Origin: Eledone cirrhosa
Lineage: Eukaryota
Assembly (NCBI GenBank): GCA_964016885.1
Contig: OZ024750.1
Coordinates: forward strand, 40,238,001 to 40,302,000
Length of the DNA stretch: 64,000 bases
Direction: 5' to 3'
Of this stretch, positions 51,315-62,406 are shown piece by piece. The position numbers and the translations under genes are program-made. Under the pieces are notes generated by a model that saw only the letters and a program-made list of their open reading frames with translations, did no database searches and was not told the DNA's origin. Position 1 is the stretch's first letter; each line of letters starts with the position of its first letter.

Positions 51315-52634
51315 TTAACCCTTTTATTACAATATTTCTAATGAAAGACACTGTCTATGTCATTAATCGTTTTACCATATTTCTAATGAAAGACTGTCTA
51401 TGTCATTAAACCTTTTATTACCATATTTCTAATGAAAGACACCGTCTATGTCATTAAACCGTTTATTGCCATATTTCTAATGAAAGACACTGTCTATGTC
51501 ATTAAACCGTTTATTACCATATTTCTAATGAAAGACACTGTCTATGTCATTAACCCTTTTATTACCATATTTCTAATGAAAGACACCGTCTATGTCATTA
51601 AACCGTTTATTGCCATATTTCTAATGAAAGACACTGTCTATGTCATTAAACCGTTTATTACCATATTTCTAATGAAAGACACTGTCTATGTCATTAACCC
51701 TTTTATTGCCATATTTCTAACGAAAGACACATTCTATGTTATTAACCCTTTCATTATCATATCTCTAATGAAAGACACTGTCTATGTTATTAACCCTTTC
51801 ATTACCATATCTCTAATGAAAGACACTGTCTATGTCAATAACCCTTCCATTACCATATCTCTAATGAAAGACACTGTCTATGTCATTAACCCTTCCATTA
51901 CCATATCTCTAATGAAAGACACTGTCTATGTCTTTAACCCTTTCATTACTATATTTCTAATGAAAGACACTGTCTATGTCATTAACCCTTCCATTACCAT
52001 ATCTCTAATGAAAGACACTGTCTATGTCATTAACCCTTCCATTACCATATCTCTAATGAAAGACACTGTCTATGTCTTTAACCCTTTCATTACTATATTT
52101 CTAATGAAAGACACTGTCTATGTCATTAACCCTTTCATTACCATATTTCTAATGAAAGACACTGTCTATGTCATAAACCCTTTCATTACATATCTCTAAT
52201 GAAAGACACTGTCTATAGTTTTAACCCTTTCATTACCATATTTCTAATGAAAGACACTGTCTATGTCATTAACCCTTTCATTACCATATTTCTAATGAAA
52301 GACACAATCTATGTCATTAACCCTTTCATTACCATATTTCTAACGAAAGACACAATCTATGTCTTTAACCCTTTTATTACCATATTTCTAACGAAAGACA
52401 CAGTCTATGTCATTAACCCGTTCATTACCATACTTCTAATGAAATACACAGTCTATGTCATTAACCCTTTCATTACATATCTCTAATGAAAGACACTGTC
52501 TATAGTTTTAACCCTTTCATTACCATATTTCTAATGAAAGACACTGTCTATGTCATTAACCCTTTCATTACCATATTTCTAACGAAAGACACTGTCTATG
52601 TCATTAACCCTTTCATTACTATATTTCTAATGAA
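51315..52634. repeat. 48-bp tandem repeat, about 27 copies
   Basis: Unit ttaaccctttcattaccatatttctaatgaaagacactgtctatgtca. Confidence 0.96.
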
Positions 52635-52946
52635 GATTAGCTGAAGTGTTCACAGATCTTCTTATCAATAACTGCATTGTTTATTTCCAGGGACATGTTG
52701 AAAAATAAACCTCATTTGGTCATTCCATGAGAGTATCTCGGTCAGCCTAAGAACCTTTCAACCGACCCTCATATGTGTTTCTAAAAATGTTTGAAAATAA
52801 CTCCAAATTTGAAGGAATTTATTAATATAATTAAATATAATAAAATAACCAAATTTATTAATGTTACTAAGTTTTGCATTAGTGAAAACATTTCTAAAAT
52901 AAAATATGATGGGAGATTTTAGAATAAGAATAAATATTTTAGAAAT

Positions 52947-53110
52947 AACAGTTCTTAAGAATAGATATTCTAAAATTAACAGTTCTTAAGAATAGATATT
53001 CTAAAATTAACTGTTTATAAGAATAGATATCTTAAAATTAACAGTTTATAAGAATAGATATCTTAAAATTAACAGTTTATAAGAATAGATATTTTAAAAT
53101 TAACAGTTTC
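52947..53110. repeat. 31-bp tandem repeat, about 5 copies
   Basis: Unit aacagttcttaagaatagatattctaaaatt. Confidence 0.85.
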
Positions 53111-53160
53111 ATATCATACATAAACCAAAGGCAGTTTCAGGCAGTTTTGTATCAAAAGGG

Positions 53161-53386
53161 TTAACCCTTTAGTGTCAAACCGGCCAAAACCGGCCAGAAT
53201 TCTTTACCTCTTTCTGTTGAAACTGGCTGCAACTGGTCACTCAAACTGATGTTAAGGTATTGTTCTCAAAATAAATACTTTCAAAATCTCATAGATTTGA
53301 TATTATGTGAGATATTATGTGAGGTAAAGCCTTTACCATGAAAATATAATAGTATATATAGAGTAATGTGAATGGTAAAGGGTTAA
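53161..53386 (+). mobile_element. piggyBac-like MITE (family B)
   Basis: TTAA-cccttta ... taaaggg-TTAA termini; homologous copy starts at 57724. Confidence 0.8.
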
Positions 53387-54145
53387 ATGACATCTTTGCC
53401 TACATCAATATAATGATTCTCTATCCATAGGTCTAGTATAAATATATGTTCTTTGTTGTGTCTAGCCATATTGCAGTATTTTGGTGGTCTCACATTAATT
53501 TGATACTTTTCTCAGACTCGCGAATTCTAGGCTTTTTTAAGGGTGGCCTTTACTCGCCTCATCATAGCTACATCACTGGGGTTGGTTGGGAGATAATAAT
53601 GTCACCAGCCATTGCTCCATCTCCTGTAGTAGTTTACCACTGTTAGTCTGGGGTTGTTTATTAATCCAGCAGAAGCCAGCTTATATCACAACTAACCATC
53701 ATACCCTGGTGGCCATATTGCTATCTGCCACCTGCGATCCATTCTCTAGCAGAACAGCTCTTCTGAGAATAAATATATATGTTATAGTAGCTGTCACAGT
53801 GACATAGTGGAGGGTATTAGAGATGGTGAAGACCCTAGTCTGGGGTTCAATCCTGGTCAGGAGATACATGTAGAGGGGTCCTATTAATCTTTTTGGTCAA
53901 TTCTAGCCAGACATGTCTTCCAACACAGACGAATTGTCTAACCCATGCAAGTATGGAAAATGGACATTAAACAGTGGTGGTGGTGGTGGTGGTGGTGGTG
54001 GTGGTGATGGTGGCAATGAGGATGATGATGATGTTGTTGATGACAAAAACAAACATCCAATGTTTACTACTCACTGTTTAAGGGTTAGTCTCTCTCGTGG
54101 TCCCAACAGACAGAATAAAGAAGAATATAAATATTTAATATAGAA

Positions 54146-54199
54146 TGGCTTCTACAGTACTAGAACTGTTTCATTCGAAAGAAATCATCAGGGAAGCCA
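54146..54199 (-). ncRNA. Hammerhead ribozyme (H7-related)
   Basis: Minus strand: tggcttc(c)-CTGATGA-tttctttcgaat-GAAA-cag ttctagta ctg-TA-gaagcca. Stem I differs from 41787 but still pairs (covariation). Confidence 0.75.
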
Positions 54200-54282
54200 C
54201 TGTCAATGAAAGTTCAGCTTAAACTGTGTATTTAACCAAACGCACATGAAAATACTGTATATTGATATTATTGATAAATGTG

Positions 54283-54475
54283 GGCAGTGGATTGGCAGTA
54301 TCGGTAGAGGGTCGAACGCCATGCTTTGACTCATAGAGTTACGACCCTTGCCATTCTTGAGTTCAAATCCCGCCAAGGTTAACTTTGCCTTTCATCCTTA
54401 CGGGGTGGATAAAATAAAGTACCAGTAATGTACTGGGTGATTGCTGGCCTTGTGCCAAATGTAGAAACAATTATT
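54283..54475 (+). mobile_element. S1 SINE
   Basis: Full head-core-tail similarity to the other copies. Confidence 0.85.
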
Positions 54476-54707
54476 GATAAATGTGTCTGAACACGGAAGA
54501 GCCAAACTCCCACTGTCATCGCCTCCACCTCTCCCACCTTCCCCATCTCTCTGTATGGTGAGCAAATGGGGTCCCACGTGCTGGCCTCCCCACAGCCCCA
54601 GCGGACAGATTGGAGAAGGCGTTTCCCGGAAGATGGTAAGGGAGACGCACTGGAAGAGCCATTCCATCTCGCGAGGCTCACACCTGCGACTGGCCAGTTC
54701 AGCACCA

Positions 54708-54922
54708 ATGGTGGTAAGTAGGGAGGTAGCCCTAGGGCCAAGGACACCAGAATTCTCCACTGCTACAGGTAGCCAGGTGTGTGCCTATGGTGGTAAGTAG
54801 GGAGGTAGCCCTAGGGCCAAGGACACCAGAATTCTCCACTGCTACAGGTAGCCAGGTGTGTGCCTATGGTGGTAAGTAGGGAGGTAGCCCTAGGGCCAAG
54901 GACACCAGAATTCTCCACTGCT
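54708..54922. repeat. 79-bp tandem repeat, about 2.7 identical copies
   Basis: atggtggtaagtagggagg... at 54708, 54787 and 54866. Confidence 0.9.
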
Positions 54923-55376
54923 AGGGGCACGACCGCAAACCTGTCGAAGAACGACCAATACTTTATTGCCCCAAATTGTTATTGCTGCTTTTTATAGCCC
55001 TAAGTAAGAGCTTTTCCAGCGCGTCTCCCTTGCCGTCCTTCGGAGGGAACGCCTTCTCCATCCTGTCCGCCGGGGCTGTGGCGGGCCCCATCGTGTAACA
55101 TTCCATATTTAGGAATTGTGTTCTCACATGTAGACCTGCGTCCTTTACCATAGTGTTGTGTCCCTAAACGAAGTTTATTTCCTTTAATAGTTACAATGTA
55201 ATTTGTCTGCAGTATGTATACAATGAGATATGATTAAAAAGTAAGAGCTGGTCGAGCAGACTTTATAACCAAAGATATTCTAGCTATGATGATCCAGTCT
55301 TTTCAGACAAAATTTATCCCTGACTGGGTTATTAAGTATGTATATCCTTTCATTTTTAGAGAGAACCCTTTAGCAG

Positions 55377-57045
55377 TCAAAGCTCTCTGAACTTTTTCCA
55401 TCCCGTTCTGACTCTAGCTACTGTACTTTCAGAGCACCCTCCACCACTGCTGATTTTGTCACCCAGGTAACGGAAGGTGTCCACTATTTCTATAGAACCA
55501 TCTGTGCAATAGAATGAGCTAGTATTCTGTGGGCACATGCTGCTACTTATTGCACCTGAGCACCAGCCACATATAAAATCTATATTCTTAGTTAGCTTAC
55601 CTGTGATCCCACTACATCTTTTATGCACCCATCCTTTGCATTTGGGACATAAAATGGAGTTTCTGCCCAAATCCTTTCTTACGCACTGAGCATGGCCATT
55701 ACCCAGATGGGACCAGTGCACTATTTTCCTTCCTACAAACTAGAACTTTAGTCTTAGACAGGTTAATTTTAAGGCCTTTTGATTCTAGGCCATGCTTCCA
55801 TGTTTGGAATTTCTTCTCTAGTTCAGCCATTGATTCAGCTATGAGCGTTAGATCATCTGCATATAGGAGTTCCCATGGGCAGCCGGTCTTGAACTCCTCT
55901 GTTAAAGCCTGAAGGGCAATAATAAATAGTAGGGGGCTAAGGATGGAGCCCTGGTGAACACCAACTTTTACACTAAACTTTTCACTATATTCGTTGTTAA
56001 TTCTAACCTCGCTGACTATTTCTTTATACATGGCTTGTATAGCTCTCACAAGCCATTCATCAACACCTAGTTTTCTAAGACCCCACCAGCTAATCGAGCG
56101 GGATACTCTGTCAAAGGCTTTCTCCAAGTCAACAAAAGCTAAGTATAGGGGTTTACTTTTAGCTAGGTACTTCTCCTGTAGTGGTCGTACAATAAAAAGA
56201 GCATCTGTTGTACTTTTACCTGACACAAACCCGAACTGCATTTCATCTAGATCAATTCGCTCTCTGATTAGTTGCGCTATTACTTTTTCTGTGACCTTCA
56301 TGACCTGGTCAATTAATTTAATGCCTCTATAGTTTCCCCTATCTAGGGCGTCTCCTTTACCCTTGTAGCAGTTAATGATGATGCTGCTATGCCAGTCCTT
56401 TGGAACGACCCCATTCTGTATGACTTGATTTACTATCCGGGTGACCATAGTGTGTCCCACCGTTCCAGATGCTTTCAGCATTTCAGCAACTATTTCCGAA
56501 GGCCCAGCCGCCTTGCCTGTCTTCATGTCTTTGATTGCCTTACTTATTATACTACCTTCAACTTGCACTGCTGGTCCCTCTATTGGATCGATGTGGGGGA
56601 GACCGTCTTTCTCCCAATTATTCTCCTCATTTAGTAGCCTTTTGTAGTGACACTTCCAAGCTACCTTCTTATCAGCGTCAGTGATGGCAAGTACACCATC
56701 ATCATTAAGGACACACTTCTCCCCGACAATATCACGGTTTTCCTTGACACATTGCCTAGCAATCCTGAACACCTCACGTTTTTGGTCCTCGCGTTGTAGA
56801 ACATGCTTGAACTTTTTTTCCTCTGCTTCCCTTCTTGCAAAGTACACTTGTCTCCTAGCTTCCCTCCTGGCCACTTGATAGTCTTCTCTACTTCCCCCAT
56901 CCTGCCATGCTTTCCAAGCCTGCTTTTTGGCCTTGATTGACCTCTCCACCTTACTGTTCCACCACCAAGTTACTCTCCTCCTGCCTATAGGTCTGCTCCA
57001 ACCACAGATTTCATCTGTCGCCTTCAGCAGGTTAGCTTTCAGGAA
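55377..57045 (-). pseudogene. RTE-clade LINE reverse-transcriptase fragment
   Basis: WWWN, KGKGD...NYRGIKL, QFGF...STTDA, AFVDLEKAFDRV, GVHQGSILSPLLF, LLYADDL. Frameshift near 55700; truncated on both sides, with SINE sequence from 57046. Confidence 0.9.
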
Positions 57046-57297
57046 TGTACTGGATAATTGCTGGCCTTGTGCCAAAAGTAGAAACAATTATTATAAAGTA
57101 TAGGGCGGTGGATTGGCAGTATCATTGGAGGGTCGGACGCCATGCTTTGCAGCATAGAGTTACGGCCCTTTATGGTCTGAGTTCAAATCCTGCCGAGGTT
57201 AACTTTGCCTTTCATCCTTATAGGGTCGATAAAATAGAGTACCAGTAATACACTGGTATGATTGCTGGCCTTGTGCCAAAAGTAGAAATAATTATTA
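57044..57297 (+). mobile_element. S1 SINE 3' fragment plus a full S1 SINE (57102-57297)
   Basis: Consensus match. attattataaagtata flanks both sides of the full copy and is a probable TSD. Confidence 0.85.
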
Positions 57298-57865
57298 TAA
57301 AGTATATGTCCTTTGTTTAAGATTATCAATTGTGTGGGTGGTTGAATCAAAAAAGGAATAGACAATATGTGAAGTGGTCAGTGATTCACATCCTGTCAAT
57401 GGTATGTGTGGTGTGGTGTGGTGTGGAGTGGAGTGGTGTGTGTTGACCTAGACATGTGAATTTCAAATGACCCAGTCAAGAGCGATGATTATTGGAGACC
57501 CAACAGTAGCTGAATTATTTTGATATCAACCCAACAAAAACTAGTTCTAGTTCTCTGGAACAAAACCATCCATTTTAAAGGGTTACTATTTAAATTAAAA
57601 TGTTCCAACATAATTTTATACATTAAGTTACTCTTTTAATTATGAAATAGTTAGTAATTTTAATATTCTTCATTAATTAATTGAAATGGAGTGTATTTCA
57701 TTAGAAATGTGGTCACAAAAGGTTTAACCCTTTAGCATTTAAACCAGCCGTATCCAGTCAGAATTCTCTCACCTCCTTCTGTACAAACCAGCTGTAACCA
57801 ACCACTCATACTGATGTAAAGGTATTGTTCTCAAAATAAATACTATTAAAATCTCCTAGATTCAA

Positions 57866-58710
57866 TATTATGTGAGATAATTATGTGAGTTAAAGCCTTT
57901 ACTGTGAAAATACAATAGTATATATAGAGTAATGTAAATGTTATGTGAGATATTATGTGAGGTAAAGCCTTTACTGTGAAAATACAATAGTATATATAGA
58001 GTAATGTAAATGTTATGTGAGATATTATGTGAGCTAAAGCCTTTACTGTGAAAATACAATAGTATATATAGAGTAATGTAAATATTATGTGAGATATTAT
58101 GTGAGGTAAAGCCTTTACTGTGAAAATACAATAGTATATATAGAGTAATGTAAATGTTATGTGAGATATTATGTGAGGTAAAGACTTTACTGTGAAAATA
58201 CAATAGTATATATAGAGTAATGTAAATGTTATGTGAGATATTATGTGAGCTAAAGCCTTTACTGTGAAAATACAATAGTATATATAGAGTAATGTAAATG
58301 TTATGTGAGATATTATGTGAGGTAAAGCCTTTACTGTGAAAATACAATAGTATATATAGAGTAATGTAAATGTTATGTGAGATATTATGTGAGCTAAAGC
58401 CTTTACTGTGAAAATACAATAGTATATATAGAGTAATGTAAATGTTATGTGAGATATTATGTGAGCTAAAGCCTTTACTGTGAAAATACAATAGTATATA
58501 TAGAGTAATGTAAATGTTATGTGAGATATTATGTGAGCTAAAGCCTTTAGTGTGAAAATACAATAGTATATATAGAGTAATGTAAATGTTATGTGAGATA
58601 TTATGTGAGCTAAAGCCTTTACTGTGAAAATACAATTGTATATATAGAGTAATGTAAATGTTATGTGAGGTAAAGCCTTTACCATGAAAATATAATAGTA
58701 TATATAGAGT
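57866..58710. repeat. 72-bp tandem repeat, about 11-12 copies, inside a family B MITE (57724-58710)
   Basis: Period 72 (taaagcc at 57891, 57963, 58035...). The unit equals the subterminal part of the MITE at 53300-53370. Confidence 0.95.
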
Positions 58711-58947
58711 GGTTTCTTTATTTGCCACTAGGGCACAAAAGGTAGGGACAGATACAAGGGGGGAAGTTTACATATAATTAACGAGTACAAAAATATAACA
58801 ATGAAATAACAACAACAAACGAAGTCCTCAATAGGGAGGGGGCATTAACATGGGTCGCACACACCCCGGAAAAAATGTGTAACCCTTCTCCTCAGGAGCA
58901 CAAAGAGTAGGTGCTTCCCTCGTCTCCGCTTTTTCCTCTTCTTTCAC

Positions 58948-61900
58948 CTACAGGCTGATATAGAGAGAAGACCCATTCACTCTGGCCATTCTCCCTACTT
59001 TCACCCACCTTTCATAAAACTTGCTGGGGTAGAGCACCTCTCTCTCCATTCTGATCCTTCTTTTAAAATGGTATTTGAAAAAGGGGACCAGTTGTTGGCC
59101 GGAGAGAAAGGTGTCTGACCTCAGCCCTTTCAGCCTCGTCCACCATACAACTTCTTTAGCCATGGCTACCACACAGAGAAAAACCGCCTCTCCTTCGTTT
59201 TTGAAAGGGGGAGGCGGTTTGATCGTGACAATGGACTCGGTGGTCAACCGGATTGGTCCCACCCTCGACAGTAGTCGTTCCACATAGCCCCACAGGTCAG
59301 CAATGCCTGGGCAGTGTACGAATGCGTGCGCAACGGTTTCGTCATCATGCACGCATCTCGGACAGATCTTATTCAAAGGATCTCTACCCAGGCTCCCATG
59401 TCTGTGGAGCTTGTCTCGAACGGGTAGAGCCCCTCGGTAGCACTGCCAAGCCAGGGACTTTTGGAAGTTGTCCATCGGTCCAGGGCCAAACGTCCTACCG
59501 AACAGACTGGCCAGTTCATCTTCCTCCATGCCTAGAGCTTCTCCGAGAGCATCGTCGCACCTGCTGCGTACCAACCCTCTATAGAATGTCGAGGTGGAGT
59601 CTCCACTGATTGCCGGGTCCGCTTTCCAGAGGGCCGTGAGCGCCTGGGCACATTCAATGTGCCAGTCGCCCACTTTTCTCGGTCTTTGCTTGACCCAGGA
59701 TTGCAGCTCGGTGAGCGAGACGAGTCTGGGAAAGGCTCGCCTCACAAACGGGGCCCACACCGGTTGACCGGTGAGGAATACCTGGAGGTGCCGTAGCCTT
59801 AATGCGTGTTTACGCATCTGTAGCCACGGCATCCCCAGCCCTCCTTTCGAAGGGTGTTGACAGCAGATGGATCTCCTCACCAAAGGGGTCCGCTTGTTCC
59901 AAAGAAATTGGAACAGCGCGCATTCCATTTTGGCGAGTCTTTTCACTGGGCAAGGCACGACGGTCAAGCGGTAGTAGATGACGGATGCTATATAAGTATT
60001 CGCCACCTCCGCTCGACCTTTCAGGGATAGTTTGCACTGGGCCCACTTCTGGGTGAGTGCAAACACCCTGGCCGTTACCTCGTTCCAGTTTTTCTCCACC
60101 TGGAGGTCTGGTCCGAACCAGACCCCAAGCAGCTTCACCGGGCCCTCCGTCCAGCGTCCGACGACGTCGTTGGAGGGCATCGGTTTGCCTCTCCATGTTC
60201 CGAGTTGCAAACCGACGGACTTGTCCCGGTTCAGCTTGGCTCCTGTAAACCTTTCATATTCCTCCAGTAAGGTGCCGATCTCACCGATTTGCGAGGTTTT
60301 CGACACCATTACTGTCACGTCATCGGCGTAGGCCGACGCCGCTTTCTGCAATCCCGGTTCCAAAGGGATGCCCTGCAACCGCTCCAACTTCCGCAGTAGT
60401 GGCTCAAGAGCCAGCACATACAGTAGGGAGGAGAGAGGGCATCCCTGTCGGATGGATCGCATGATTTGGAACGGCTCCGAGAGGTGGCCGTTCACCTTGA
60501 CCCTTGAGCAGACGTTGCTGCTGTGCATCGCAGCAATCCAACCCCTGAAAACGGGTCCGAAGCCTGCCGCCGCGAGCACCGCATCCAGGTAACGATGGTC
60601 AACCCTATCGAAAGCTTTAGATTGATCCAAGTTGATCAGGGCCCCACCAAAGCCGGGTTCATTCCCTACCCTCTCTATGATGTATCGCATAAGGTGGAGA
60701 TTGTCGTGAATGGACCTGGACGGGATTGCGCATGTCTGCGCTTCTCCCACCAGGTTTCCAACGACAAGCGCCAACCTCTTCGCTAACACCTTGGCCAAAA
60801 TCTTTAACTCTGTATTTAGCAGAGTTATGGGCCTGAAGTTACTTATGTCATCCCCCTTGTTCTCATCCTTCCTCACCAGCGTAACTACGCCCTTGGTCAC
60901 AGAACTGGGAATTCTCCCGTTCTGCTGCCAGTTGCAGTAGACCGCTTCGAGGATATCGGAGAACAAGTCCGGCATCGCTACATATAGCTCGTATGGTAGA
61001 CCATCGAGACCCGGGGATTTGCGTTTGCCGCATTGGCTCAGCGCCGCCCCTATCTCAGCAGCTGAAATCGTCCTTTCGCAGGACTTCGCCTCCGCGTCCG
61101 AGAGGCGCGGCAGACCGTCGAGGTATGGATTGAAATCCATAGTCTCACCCGGCGCGCCGCCCCTCTCGAACAGTCGTGCAAAGTGCCGCTGAAAGGCCGC
61201 ACACATCTGCCCAGGTTCAAGGATCACACGCCCATCCTGGTCCTTCAAAGACCGAATCGTGGACTTGTTCCCACTTTTTGCCTCTGTCACTCGGGCCCAG
61301 CTTACAGCTTTGGCTCCCTCATTACCCAGAGCACGTATTTTACTCCTGACAACGCAGCCTTCATGCTTCACCTCAAAGAACTGGTCTAAGGCCATTCTTG
61401 ATGCCAGCACGCCGGCTACATTGCCACTCCTAATCGCCTCTTCTACTCTATCTACTAATTCCCTTTCCGTCTTGTTCCTATCCCTTGCTAATTCCTGACT
61501 AAAACCTATCGATTCTATTCTAATTGCTCTCTTAAGAGAGCTCCACCACCTGTTGTTGACAATTGCCCCTGTCAAATTCTGCTTAACTAACGTGCTAATC
61601 CGTTTACTGTAAGCTTTGCTTCTCGGTAAGGACAAGTTCAGCTTCCAGTAACCGGGTCCCTGTCTATGGGTTCTATCAAGGTTGGCTATGCAGGTCACTA
61701 ACTTGTGATCCGAATAGTCAACCATGAACATTTTTGGACAGCTAAATGTGTCCCTATCGTTCTCTCTAACTAGGACCCTATCTAGGTACGACCTAGATGT
61801 TCCACTGCGATTGGTCCACGTCCATAGTGGTACAGTCGGAAAATCTAGTCGATATCTATCGGCCAGGTCAAATCGGCCGATTAACCTTTTGAGGCTTTTA

Positions 61901-62385
61901 CACCCCCCTCTATTGGCACATGCCCCTACATAGTCCCAACGTGCATCCAGGATACCATTCCAGTCCCCCACTAAAAGCAAGGAGCGGGACGTTCCCAGAA
62001 AAGTTTCCAGACGTTGGAAGTATTACGGCCGCGCTGCCCAAAAAGGGGCGTACACAGCTATTAGTCTAAGGGCTCCACTTTCACTACTGCCGACGTCTAA
62101 AACCACCAGTCGACCCTCCGGGTCCAGGTGCACCTTCTGTATGACGAGGCCCAGGTGTTTTCGCAGCAGAACGACAACTCCACCCCCACCCCCCGGTTGA
62201 CAGAGAGATGCGAAGATCTCAAAGTCGTCGAAGAGGGGCGCCAGTTGGTGCTCGCTGCTGATCCTGGACTCGCAAATAGCCATTACATCCATTCTATGTG
62301 ACCTGAGATCGTTTAAAAGTTTGCCTTGTTTCCAAGACAGTCCCAGGCCACGTACATTCAGAAACCCAACTCTTATATCAGCCAT
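58948..62385 (-). pseudogene. ORF2 (APE-RT-CCHC) of LINE B, interrupted by one in-frame TAA at 62023-62025
   Basis: Track ORFs 62023-62385 and 58948-61980 are in the same frame. B reads VYAPFWAARP*YFQRLETF against family A VYAPTGAGRPDFFRRLETF. YADD and CPRC...HAFVHC are intact. Confidence 0.9.
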
Positions 62386-62406
62386 GTTGGTTAAAAGAGG
62401 AAGGAC

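Larger units (their letters stand above)
51315..53164 (+). mobile_element. piggyBac-like MITE (family A) with its left end amplified as a 48-bp array
   Basis: Units begin TTAA-cccttt; the right end gtatcaaaaggg-TTAA is at 53150-53164; a degraded inverted copy lies at about 57515-57727. Confidence 0.65.

Noticed and set aside
51432-52486. 255-aa and 95-aa ORFs of 16-aa repeats
   Set aside because: By-product of the 48-bp unit length being a multiple of 3; the unit is a MITE terminus.
57846-58728. 279-aa and 286-aa ORFs of 24-aa repeats
   Set aside because: By-product of the 72-bp satellite.
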